The notes below the pieces were generated by a model that saw only the letters and a list, made by a program, of their open reading frames with translations, was not told the DNA's origin and did not search any database. 64,000 bases of DNA from the human T2T-CHM13v2.0 reference genome, Homo sapiens. The translations under genes were made by a program, and so were the position numbers. The first letter of the stretch is position 1. Each line of letters starts with the position of its first letter. This document shows, in pieces, positions 25,639-40,649 of this stretch. The DNA lies in NCBI RefSeq assembly GCF_009914755.1, contig NC_060932.1. One strand, 5' to 3'.

Positions 25639-27019
25639 GTGGGAACCCAGGTTCCTTTGGGCCCTCTGCATCTAGATGACGCTTTCAGCGAGTGTGATGG
25701 ACAATTGAGGGAGGCACGAGGGAACAGGCACCCCCACAGAGGAGGACCTGCGGCCACCCCTCCTTGCCTGGCCATCCTCCTTGCCATGTCACCCCTCAAC
25801 GCCAACCCGTGCATGTGGGGGTGCATGACCAGCTGACATGGGAGTGTGGGTCAGCCCCAGGGCCAAGGGGGAAGTGGGTGAGCCAAGATCCCGGAGCATG
25901 ACAAGGGCCCTGGCAGCTGATTGGCAGGGGAGTGCGCTGGGCAGGCCGTGGTTCTCACTCTTCACTGCGGCTGGAGGGTCTGGGTGGGAAGGTGGGTACA
26001 GGGAGCAGGCATGTCGGACTATGAATGCGGAGTGGGAAACACAGAACGACTCGTTGTGGGGAGACTAGGGATGGACGGGGTCCGCTGGTGGAGGGCTGGA
26101 CCAGCAGGTCCAGGCTCTAGGGCCAGAGCCAGGGAGGGAGAGGCGGCTCCGTGCTCTGTCCTGCTGGCTTTCTGGGTCCTTCCTGGAAGGCCTGGCTCTG
26201 GTCTGTCCACAGCAGGCATCTGCCCGGAGTGGGCAATGGGTCACCTCACACATCACAGCACACATGTGGCCGCCAGCCCCGCTCCCCTGGCCTTATCATC
26301 ATGCCATTGACAGCATGGACAGCAACCATATGGCTGTCACCATCATCGCCTGGTGCCTGCGCTCCCAGACGGACACACCAGAGGCTCAAGGCTCAGGCGA
26401 AGCTCCCAGAGATCACTCCTGCCTGAGCCATCACTCCCCAAGGAGGAAGGAAGGTGGGCCTGCCTGGAAGTCCTTGCCCCGGGCTCCACACAGAGCTCAG
26501 GCCTGCGTCTCCCCACCTTTCTCTGCCCCCGCGCCTCCTGGCCCTTTGAGGGACGCCTAGCAGGAGTATGGCAGGAAAATAAGACGCCTCTGAGGGCCGT
26601 GCCTTCATCAGCGCCTGCAGGCTCTCAGGAGGGGCTGTAAAGGGGCCCATCCAGGGTGCCGGTTAGAGCGGAGGATGCTCAGAGCATATGTTGTGCTATT
26701 TCTGTTTTTCAATAAAATCAACATTAAAAATTTTTAACAAAGCACCAGGCACCACTGAGAGCAATTAGCATTGCATCGTGGACCAATTGGTGGGTTTGCA
26801 GATGCACGCAGGCGCGGCTGCCTCGTGCTGCGGCCCAACCCTCCTCTGTGACTAATGGGCCTGCTTAAGGGGGAGCCAGGCCATGTGCAGGACAGGCCAG
26901 CCTGTGCGCCTGCCCAGTGTTTGGGGCTAGGGGTGGAATCTCTCATTGCAGAGCCAGCTACAGTCATCTTTCTGATCCCCTTCCCGGCCTAAGCAGCATT
27001 CTGTAGCCAGGTACAAGAA

Positions 27020-27335
27020 ACGCTCAGTGTGTGACCAGGATTCAGGGCTCAGCCCATGACCGGTGATGAAGAATAAATCTGCAACCAGACATTAGGGCTC
27101 ACTCTATGACCAGGGATCAGAATCTGGGATGTTATGAGGATCAGGGCTCAGTCTGTGACTGGGGTCAGGGCTCAGTATGTGACCAGTGCTCAGTCTGTGA
27201 CTGGGGTCAGGGCTCAGTGTGTGACCAAGGCTCAGTCTATGACTGGGGTCAGGACTCAGTGTGTGACCAGGGATCAGTCTGTGACTGGGTGGGGTCAGGG
27301 CTCAGTGTGTGATTAGGATCAGGACTCAGCCTGTG
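27020..27335. repeat. Minisatellite with a 42-bp (24+18) higher-order unit
   Basis: GGGTCAGG recurs at 27162, 27204, 27246 and 27292. Confidence 0.85.
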
Positions 27336-28864
27336 CCCTCTTCTTCTTTATCCCCAGCCCCTCCTGTCCTGATGATGCTGCAGCAACACTGGGCTATGTT
27401 GTGAACCTTGAGCTCACCAAACCCTGTTCTGACTCAAGGACCTTTGTAACTTTTGTTCTCTGCCTGAAAAAATATATATATATTTTCCAAGTTACTAGGC
27501 CTTTCTCTTTTTTAGTTCTCCGCTCAGACTCAGGTCCTGATAGAGCTCTCCCCTGTCCACCCCACAGCAGCCTCTTTATTTCCTCCAGGACACTCACCAT
27601 AATCTAATCACAGAAATTCCTTTGAAAAATATGGGCAAATGGCAGAGGAGTGGAGTCTCAGTCCTGGGAGATAAAGCGGGCAGGAAAGGTCAGGCAAATG
27701 GTCTTGGTCCCGTTTTTGCTTCTTTCTGGCTCCAGGTCCAGGCCTGGTTTCTACTTGGTCTGGATTTGGGATGCTGGGGCCAGGGGGCCCCTGCTGGACC
27801 TCTCAATAGGGCTGCCTCCTCCTCCTCTGCCTGTCATCCTTCCCACGGGCCCACTGCTCCACACTCGGCCCCACTCGTCTGCTGGGAGCTCCTGTGCTGG
27901 GGGCTAGTTCCACCAGGGCTGGATTACAGGCAGCAGCACTGAGAAGGGAACCCACACTCCTTAACAGTCACCTTTGTGTTAAAATCATCTTTTTAAAAGT
28001 GAAACATTTCCAACATGCAGAAAAGTACAAAATGTAAATAGGCACATAGGAAAACTCTATTCCAAACACACAGGTGTTAGTAGGTAACGATATTCCTTTG
28101 AATTTTTCTTAAATGACCAAAGAAAGACCACCTTACTGATATGGGCGGGGCCTCCTTCCTGCCTCTGCCTTCCTCTGACCTCACAGGCCAAGGCTGCCCT
28201 GAAGTTAGCATTTTTCGTGACAAAGGGACATGCAGGGATTGGTAGCGGTGCCCTGGCCAGCGGTGCTGCAGCCGGACACTCTGTGCCTGCTTCCCCGGGG
28301 AGTTAGGCTGGGCAGAAGCAGGCCCAAGATTCCTGTGCACTGCGCCTCTCATCCAGCTGACGCCAAGCAGTTTGGCAGACGGTGGCTGGCACACGCAGGG
28401 CCTGCTGCTTGTGGGGGTGGGCTCACTGAGGGGCCTGCCTCACAGGAGCAAGTAGACATCTCGCGGTGAAATGCCACCTGGACCCGAGGGTGCTGGCGGG
28501 GTGTGGGGGGAGGGAGGGAGAATAAAGCTCCACTGAACATCTCTGCCTGTGTGTTTTGCACGGCCATGTATTAAACTGTATTTAACTAGACACGTATTAA
28601 CATGTATCAGACTAGACATGAGTTCATACTGACGTCTCCTCCAGGCCCCTGTTCTCTCAGGTGTGACCTGTGGGCAAGCTTGCTGGGCCATGGGAAGGTG
28701 TGTGAGTCACTTTATCCCTGCCTGCTTGCTGCTCCTGGAGTTTCCCCTGCGAGGCTGGGTCATTACCAACTAAGGGAAATGCCAGCCTGGTGGCGAACAC
28801 AGCTCTGTCTCTGTCTTGGAGCAGTGTGTGCACGTGTGTTTGTGTGTGTGTGTGTGTATGCATA

Positions 28865-30960
28865 ACTAAAACTTTACGATTAGAATACCACCCGATTTAC
28901 AGAAAAGTTGGGAGAATATTACTGAGTTCCCATATGCTCTCTACTCTTGGCTCTTGCTGTTACTAACATCTTCATTCGCATCACGTATTTGTCACAGTTA
29001 ATGAACTAATGCTGATACACTCTTATGAATTGAAGTCCCTGCTTTATTAAACTTTCCCTTGTTTTTGACCTCATGTCTTCTTGTGTTCCGGAATCCCACC
29101 CGGACACCACATCACATTTAGCCTCCATGTCTTTTCAGGACCCTCTTGGCTCTGGCAGTGTCTCAGACTTTCCTTGGTTTTGAGAACCTTGACAGTTTGA
29201 GGAGTACTGATCAGGTATTTCGTAGTTTTCCTTGATTGGAATGTGTTTGGGGCTATGGGTTTTGGGAGGAAGACCACAGAGGCAAATGCCCCTCTCATCA
29301 CATCATACCAAGGGCGACCACGTCTTAGTCAGCTTGGGCTGCTGGAACAAAATGCCACGGCCTGGGAGGCTCAAAACCACTGAAATATATTCCTCAGAGT
29401 TCTGGAGGCCGGAGGCTGGAAGTTCAAGATCCAGGACAAGCTCTCTCAGATGGTGCCGTCCAGCTGCATCCTCACATGATGGAAGGGGTAAGGGAGCCCA
29501 CTGGGGTCTTTTTCCAAGACCACTCATCCTCATCCCACTCCCAAGGGCTCCACCCTCAGTACGGAATCACCTTCCAAAGGTCCTGCCTCCTAAACCAGCA
29601 CCTGGGGGGTTACAGCTGCATCTGTGAATTTTGGGAAGGCCACAAACATCGGACCACGGCAGGTACAAGCTATCCACGTGATTGATGGCTGATGGATGTT
29701 GACCTTGGTCCTTGGGCTGAGGGCATGTTGTGTTGTTTCTGCCTGTCATCCCCACACCCCATTCCCATTCTACATTCCTTGGAATGAAATCACCATGTAC
29801 AACCCACACTCGAGGAGTTGGGGGTTATACTCCATTTCCTTGAGGCAGCATATCTAGAAAATTATCTAGAATTTGGGGGCATAGGAGCTTTGACTATTGT
29901 TCCTCATTTATTCAACAGTTTATTTATATCGATGTGGACTCACGCATATTGATTTTGTACTTTGGGTTATAATCCGCTACGACATTATTTATTACACTTT
30001 GCTCAAATGGTTCCACTTTGGCCACAGGGAGCTTTCCGCTGGCTTCCGTGTCCCTGGGACACACCCTGTCATCGGGTTTTGTTGGAGCACTTCCTTACTT
30101 TCTGGCACAGTGAGATGCTCCAGCCTCATCTTGTCTATTTCCTGCCCCAGACCTAGTGGGGCATTTCTCCCCAGGAGCCATTTCTCCCAGGAGCCCTGGA
30201 TCTTTTAATTGGAGAATGGCAGAAACCAAGATCAAGGCACTAGGTGTGCTCACTGCTACTGGGGTGTCATTGCTTCTAGGTCCTCTCAGCCAACAGAGCA
30301 AGGAAATAGCTGTGTATCAAAGAAGTTGTGTATGTATACATGTAAACATCTCTATGTGTATCCATCTTTATTTGTATTAAACCAGGCACGAGCTCATACT
30401 GATGTCTCCTCCACTAACCCGTGCCCACACGGATCCTTCTAGCCTCTTCCTCTTGTTTATCTGTGAACTACCTCTCTGGCACTGAGAAAAAGGCTCCCAC
30501 CGCCCAGCATCCACTCACTTAGCTGTGCAATCCCAGAATACACAAATAGGGGCTTCATATTTGTTAAACCACATTCCTGTGAGAGGCAACTTTTCAACTG
30601 GAGAACAGTACTCATGTGCAGTTCCTTTTCAGTGACTTCTTTCACTTAGCAATACGCGTGTAGGATTTATGCATGTCATTGCACAGCTTGATAACTATTC
30701 CTTTTATTGCTGAATCATATTCCATTGCATGGAAGTGTTCGTTTCTTTATCCACTCACCTATTAAAGGACACTTTGGTTGCTTCCAGTTTTGGGTGAGAG
30801 TAAATAAAGCTGCTATCAACATCCGCATGCAGTTTTTTGTGTGGATATAAATTTTCACATCAGTTGGGTAAATAGCCATGGGCATGATTGCTGGATAATA
30901 TGGTAAGACCATGTCTAGCTTTGTAAGAAGTTTCCACACTATGTTTCGCTGTGGCTGCAC
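28865..30960 (-). mobile_element. L1MC/L1MD-type 3' region, interrupted by an MLT1A LTR
   Basis: tctcagactttccttggttttgagaaccttgacagtttgaggagtactgatcaggtattt and gggaggaagaccacagagg. At 30.6-30.95 kb: cactttggttgcttccagtttt and gctggataatatggtaag. Confidence 0.85.
29321..29660 (-). mobile_element. MaLR solo LTR (MLT1A/MLT1A0-like) nested in L1
   Basis: gtcttagtcagcttgggctgctggaacaaaatgcc..ttctggaggc..aagttcaagatc..gaattttgggaaggccacaaacat. Confidence 0.85.
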
Positions 30961-31437
30961 AGAACCACCCCCTTTTCTCTCACTTGTTCACATGCGTGAA
31001 CAGGAGAAAAGGGGGTGGTTCTGTGTAGCCACAGTAAATTGTGTCTCTGAAGGGGAGAGAATCAGCTCTCAGGCCCTTGGTCAGAGAAGTTTATGGCCAC
31101 AGCACTCACGCTGAGATTTGGTGGGAGAAGAAGAGGGCATGGAGCGATTGCATGGCCCACAGTTGAGATCTTCATTTAGAATTACAGAAACCATCCCCAC
31201 CTTCCGCCTTTAGAGGACACTAGCCAATGGCTGCCACATGATCAAGGGCTGGCGACGTGCAGCGTGTATCCTAGGGGAAGGAGGATGGCCTGGGTCCCTT
31301 ACTCTCTGTAGGCCAGCCTGTGCCTGGGCTTCCACCGTGCAGACTCTCAGGGTGCAAACAGCAGAAAAACACAGTACAAGACCACCCCACTCCAAGCCCG
31401 TGTCCACCCCGGAGAGCCTGGCAGTGCAGAAGGGAAG

Positions 31438-31923
31438 TGTGGTTGGCAGAATTTCAGGATGACCTCCAAGATCCCCTCCCCTATCTGTGTGTCTGTCCAG
31501 TATAATCCTTTCCCTCGAGTGTGAATGATGGATAGATTCTGTTATGTGGCAAACGGTGTGGGAGCCACTCCCATGACTATGCAACGTTACTGAAGACTCC
31601 ACTCTGGTGCACAGAGGGAGCCTTCCTGGCCAGCATGGAGGGAAGGAAGGAGCCTGGTTGCGAATTGTCTTTGGAGGTGTCCCGGGGGACCTCAGTCACT
31701 GAATTCCACCAACACCATGAGTGAGCCTGAACATGGACCTGGAGTCCAGATGGGAGCACAGTCTGACAGACAGCAGGACTGCAGCCTGTGAGACCCGGGC
31801 GGGACACCCGCCTACCCTCTGCATAGATCTCTGATCCGTGTAAACCAGGAAATAATAAATCCGTGTTGCTCTAAGCCACCCTGTTCGTGGTCATCTGTCA
31901 CACTGCAAGAGACCCTCAATACA
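31438..31923 (+). mobile_element. MaLR solo LTR (MLT1E/F-like) with an intact 5-bp TSD
   Basis: TGT...ACA termini, AATAAA near the 3' end, and GGAAG on both sides (31433-31437, 31924-31928). Confidence 0.85.
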
Positions 31924-33207
31924 GGAAGCCTCAGACCCTCCAGCTGCTCTGCCCTAAAGGTCTGCTGCTGGGTCATTGTGTGTTTCCATGTGGCACCTAT
32001 TTTTCAGTGGAGGGGAAAGGGGACTTAGGTTTAACCAAACGTGAGGTTTAGGAGAAACCCTAGCCATCTTTCATAGTCATCAAATTACGCATCATGTCTA
32101 AATGTGCCAAAAAAAGTCAAGTCCGTATGAAAAGCAGCCTCCTTAATTCTGTGAATAACTGCCATTGGCCAGGCCAGGAGAATGTGAGAAGATGCCCTAG
32201 ATTCTGGCTGTGAAAAAAAACACGGACTCCAACTTTGCTATTAAAGAGAAGCAGTGAGGTTGGATGTAGACTCTCATAGGGAAAGACATTATGTGTGTGT
32301 TAAACTGAGTGTTTCTCTTTTGCCTTCAACAAGCTGTTATGAAATCAATGGTGTATCTTGCAATCTGGCAAATATAAGAGTCAAAACAATATATTTTCAG
32401 CAATATAAGAATACACCAAATTTGTTTAAAAAATTTAATGCAGCAAATCTTCTCCCACCTGCAAGTCAAAGTTACCCCCAAAGCATATCAGAGCACCCTC
32501 CCTCCTTCCTTTCCATGTCCTGTGCAGGGCCCCAGGAAAGGGTCTCACTGAGGCATCGGACTGAAACAGTGTATTTCTTTGGTATCCTCTGCAGGGAGAC
32601 CCATCCAGGGCGTGGCTGCAAGGCCATATGAATACAGATCCTCCCTGGTTCCTGCTTGGCCCATATTTCCAAAGTACCTCGCCGCAATCAGGACAGAAAA
32701 GAACTTGCCATCGCCAGCACGAGCAACAGAAACACAGCTGCGTGCCTGGGGCCACGCAACCCCATGGCAGCTTGCAATCAAAGATCCCTCCCTCACCTCC
32801 TTGAGCTGACAAAATCACAAGACAGGGCTCCCTTTTCTGAGTCAGTTGTTCGGCACCGCACGTCTCAGCCTGTATCACTCTAGAAAGCAGGGCCTGAGAC
32901 CGTGGCTTGAATGCAGAGTTTTCTGAGGCAGCTTTCTCAGGAGCAGGAGTGGGTGGCCTGGAGCCAGGAGCAGGGAAACGAGGTGGGCCAAGTTGAGGGG
33001 TGCTGCAGAGCTGGGTGCTGGTGTGGACAGTGGGGTTCCATCCAGCTGGGGCCTGGGAGGAGCCCCCCCAGCGTGCCTCAGTGTCGTCCACCGAGGGGTG
33101 GGGGGCACATGTGCACACTGGTTCTCTGTCCCCAGGGGCACGGGTTGCCCTGTGGGGTGTTCATGCCCGCACTCCTCCAGCTCATGCATCCCCGCCAGTC
33201 TGGCAGG

Positions 33208-33579
33208 TGTCTGAGGTCTCAGGGTTGCTGAAACAGAGTGCCCCACGCTGGGCAGCCTCTTGGCTCTGGAAGTCAGCATCAAGGCGTTGGCGGGTTGGGT
33301 CCTTCTGAGGGCCAGAGGGAAGGATCCATTCCAGGCCTGCCTCCTTGGCTTGCAGAGGACAGTCCTCACCTTCATGCAGCGCTCTCCCCAGGTGTGCGCC
33401 TGTTTCCAAGTCTCCCTTTTCATAAGGACACAGTCACATTGGTCACCCCAATGACTCCATCTTGAATTAATTAATTACATCTTCAAAGACTCTATTTTTA
33501 AATAGGGTTACTTTCTGAGGTATTGGGGATTAGGATGTCCAGATATGAATTTTGGGAGCACACATGTCCACCCATAATG
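33208..33579 (-). mobile_element. MaLR solo LTR (MLT1B/C-like)
   Basis: agggttgctgaaacagagtgccccac..ccttctgagggc..ttccaggcctg..ataaggacacagtca..ttctgaggtattggggattagg. Near-TSD gcagg/ccagg. Confidence 0.85.
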
Positions 33580-34499
33580 CCAGGACAGAAGACATGAGAC
33601 ATTCACAGCAGGACAGGCAAAGTGCCGGGAAGCTGGCCCTCGTGGAGCCTCTGCTGCGGCTGGAGTGAGAGTTGGGAAGACACAAGGCCAGGCCCATGGC
33701 AGGCAGGGCAGTCCCCTCTGTACCAACAGCAGCAGCCCCAGGCCATACTGTTCTCCATAAACCATCACCACAGGATGCTGCTAACAGCAAACAGTCCCTA
33801 TGAGTCCAGGGAAACCTCTCGCTGTAGGTGACCTCTGCAGGGCCATAAGAAGCACAGAGGGCCCCGGGGATTCATAGATGACCTCTAAGGAGGACTCTGC
33901 ATCACTTCACTGAGCATTGTTTCAGTACTCGTAGGGTGGGCGTCCTGCAGAGGGTGCCATGGGAGCCCCAGGCCTCCAACATTGCCGCTCAGAATGCTCA
34001 TCTTCACATTGAAGAAATCCCAGTGCCATCTTCAGCCTCAGGAGGCAGAGAGGGAGCCTGCAACAAGCACCCAGATGTGCGGAGCAGACACTGGAGACTC
34101 CTCTGTGCAGCCTCCAGCTGGGCCCTTGCCTCATCCCCCTTAATTCCAGGAGCACTGCCTTAACAGCTTGGTAATTTCCAACAAGTCATTATCATTTGCT
34201 TGTGGCTAGAGTGGAAAGAAGGCAGAGTGTGTGTGCATGTGTGTTTGTGTGTGTTGGGGAGGAAGTGTGGGGAAGAGAGGAGAGAATGGAAAATCTGTTT
34301 ACAATTAGTTAACTCTCCATCTTGGTCCTCTCTTAATGAGATAATTAGATGCCATTTGAGGAGAAGCATTTAGCTTATTTGTGGCTATTAATCCCCTGAT
34401 GTGCTCTTACTCCTTCAGGAGGTCTCCAAGAACGTTAACATATGGGCTTTCCAGAGGGGCGGGCAAGGTCTGGAACTGCAGACACAGCAGCTGCTGCCT

Positions 34500-35180
34500 C
34501 TTACTATCACCGCCTTCATCATCACCACTATCATCACCATCATCATCACCATCATCACTGCCATTATCTCCATTACCATCATCATCATCACCATCATCAC
34601 TGCCATCATTACCAACATCATGACCATCATAACCATCATCACTGCCATCATCACCATCATCACTACCATCATCACCATCATCATTACCATCATCACCATC
34701 ATCATCACCATCATCACTACCATCATCACCATCATCATTACCATCATCACCATCATCATCACCATCATCAACACCATCATCACTGCCATTATCAGCATTA
34801 CCATCATCATCACCTTAATCACTGCCATCATTACCAACATCATGACCATCATAACCATCATCACCACCATCATTACTATCATCACCATTATCGCCATCAT
34901 CACTGCCATCATTACCAACATCATGACCATCATAACCATCATCACCATCATCATTACTATCATCATCATCATCACCATCATCACTGCCATCATTACCAAC
35001 ATCATGACCATCATAACCATCATCATTACTATCATCACCATCATCACCACTATCATCACCATCATCACCATCATCACTGCCATTATTGCCATTACCATCA
35101 TCATTATCACCATCATCACTGCCATCATCACCATCATCATCACCATTATCAACACCATCATCAATACCATCATCACTACT
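34500..35180. repeat. Imperfect (CAT/CAC)n trinucleotide repeat with an 81-bp higher-order period
   Basis: The block atcactgccatcattaccaacatcatgaccatcataacc occurs at 34596, 34818, 34899 and 34980. Confidence 0.95.
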
Positions 35181-35224
35181 GTGATGCTTTTCACTGACAC
35201 TATCCAAAACATGTTGTAAAAAGG

Positions 35225-35521
<297 letters not shown>

Positions 35522-35539
35522 TCACAATATGTAAATCAT

Positions 35540-38000
<2,461 letters not shown>

Positions 38001-38516
38001 ACTGACAGCAGATGAGCCCCAGCAACCCCTTCCGAGATTTCCTCCCCTAGAAGAGGTTCCTGAATGAGGGACAAGCACAAGTGGATGTGGACAGTATTTA
38101 AGGACGGCTAGAGCTAATAGGTGGAAGAGAAAGGAGATGGCAGGAGGAAGTGTGAGGATAAAAAGGGTGCGGAATTGAGCGGAGCATGTGCCAGAACACT
38201 GAGCAAATCGGCTTATCCTTCCCAGAAACGGAGAGTGCTTGACAGGGAAGATGCAATCAAATTTGGGGTTTGACTCAGGGGAGAGAGGCTTTGAAGGGCA
38301 GAGGGAGCCCTGGGATTTAATTTAGTGAATAACAAGGCTCCTTCTCCATTCTTCATCTTAGCTGGACAAGCTGGGAAGAACTGAGTCTTTGTTCTGCCAG
38401 TTACTCCCTGTTTTGGCCACAGAAGTCAGGCATAAGCGCGTCGGTGGTGCCAGAGGTGGCGTGGCTGACCCAGGCGTGTAGTACAAGTGGAGCTGGCAGG
38501 GCTCACGGTGCCTCCA

Positions 38517-38546
38517 GGGCGGGGAGGGCGGGGAGGGCGGGGAGGG
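38517..38546 (+). other. (GGGCGGGGA)x3 triple GC-box / G-quadruplex motif
   Basis: Seven G-tracts of 3-4 G separated by single bases; three GGGCGG boxes. Confidence 0.7.
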
Positions 38547-38847
38547 CTGGTCTGTATACATCGCTCTTGTGATATTAGCTGGTAAATAATGCATGAGTCT
38601 GGGTGATGTTTGGCGGAGAGAGCTCTCTCAGTGCAAAATGTTACAGCCAACAAAGTTTAATAGAACACAGAGCTGCCTCTTGGGGGAACAGAGGCCCCAT
38701 CTCTGCAGCCATCCCCACCCTTCCCAGCCCAGTCCAATTGCTCCAGGAAGTTGGTGTCTCAAAGGCCAGGGACAACGCAAACAGGACACATACCCGGTCG
38801 CAGCCCCAAGCAGACTCCCTGGGCAGAGCCTGCCACCATATCCATCT

Positions 38848-39641
38848 CCCTGACCCCCAGCACCCTCATCTCCTGACCCCCAGAACCCTCACCCCTGACC
38901 CCCAGCACCCCCACCCCTGACCCCCAGCACCCTCATCCCCTGACCCCCAGCACCCTCACACCCTGACCCCCAGCACCCCCACCCCTGACCCCCAGCACCC
39001 TCATCCCCTGACCCCCAGAACCCTCACCCCTGACCCCCAGCACCCTCATCCCCTGACCCCCAGCACCCCCACCCCTGACCCCCAGCACCCTCATCCCCTG
39101 ACCCCCAGCACCCCCACCCCTGACCCCCAGCACCCTCATCCCCTGACCCCCAGCACCCCCACCCCTGACCCCCAGCACCCTCATCCCCTGACCCCCAGCA
39201 CCCTCATCCCCTGACCCCCAGCACCCTCATCCCCTGACCCCCAGCACCCTCACCCCTGACCCCCAGCACCCTCATCCCCTGACCCCCAGCACCCTCATCC
39301 CCTGACCCCCAGCACCCTCATCCCCTGACCCCCAGCACCCTCATCCCCTGACCCCCAGCACCCTCATCTCCCTGACCCCCAGCACCCTCACCACCTGACC
39401 CCCAGCACCCTCACCCCCTGACCCCCAGCACCCCCACCCCTGATCCCCAGCACCCTCATCCCCTGACCCCCAGCACCCCCACCCCTGACCCCCAGCACCC
39501 TCACCACCTGACCCCCAGCACCCTCATCTCCCTGACCCCCAGCACCCTCATCCCCTGACCCCCAGCACCCTCATCCCCTGACCCCCAGCACCCTCATCTG
39601 ACCCCCAGCACCCTCATCCCTGACCCCCAAGACCCTCATCT
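38848..39641. repeat. C-rich VNTR, 22-24-bp unit x ~35 (TGACCCCCAGCACCCTCATCCCC and variants)
   Basis: Seen directly; the units are highly homogeneous. Confidence 0.97.
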
Positions 39642-40649
39642 GTGAGATGCAGATGTGTGGGTGATCCCCAGGGTGATTGTGAGGACCAACGAGGGAATCT
39701 GCGGGACTGTGTCCTATTTGGGCTACTGCAAAATGCATGGTCATCCTCCAGCAGTTCTGGAAAAGGGACGGTGCAATCCTTCACTTCAAACTTTAGATCT
39801 GAGGCTCTTTTTTGCACTTTTGTGCAGGTTATTCATTTCGCCACCTCCACAGCTGCTTTAAAGGGGAGCTGGGGAGGCGGCGTGAACACAGTTCCTTCCT
39901 CTCTCCTGGGAACCATGGAGGCTGATGCCATCGTGGGCCGCCCAGCATGGAGCCACCTCCGGATATTTGGGGCGTTCCTCAACTGATGGGCCTGGTTGGC
40001 AGACACTGCTTTCCAATAACAAAGCTGATAAGACCCCAGCGCTGCCTTCCCTGCTGACCTGGATGATGGGACCGGAACATGGAACCTCAGATGCCCCAGG
40101 GGCAGGGGAGGAGAGACCTCTTCACTGTGTGGGCACACCGTGATGGCCCGAGGGGAGCTGCAGAGCCACGTGGGGAGTCTGTGGTCAGGGGTGGGACAGC
40201 GGGGCTCCTCTTCACTGGCCTGGTGTGGGGATCTGAGTGACGGGTCTGGCCGCACCGCTCCCTTAACTCCTGTGTCTCGGCCTTCCTGGGGACTCCTGAG
40301 CTGCCCCAAATCTGCGCGATAAATTCCCCTTTGCTGCATGAGCCAGCCGTGCCATGCAGACCAAACTCCCGACCAGCACAGCATCTGTTTGCCACCACCA
40401 GGCATCCCAGCAGATGGCACACCCTTGGGCATTCCTCCAGTGGCCGGGTCGCCAGCAACGTGCCCAGTCACTGGGCCCACCGGACGGAGTCTGAGCTCAG
40501 TAGCTCCGAGGAGACCACTCCAGTGGCCTGCAAGTTATGGCCACGAGGTGGTTGTGCAGGTGAGGGAGAGCTTGGCCCTGGTGCTGGGAGTCCACACTGC
40601 CCTGGTCTCTCCCCGGCGCCTGTGACTGTTTTGGGTGGGCATCTATCCT

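Noticed and set aside
38848-39641. CRISPR-like periodicity in this and the 13-, 34- and 42-bp arrays
   Set aside because: Head-to-tail units without unique spacers, no cas genes, and the DNA is primate.
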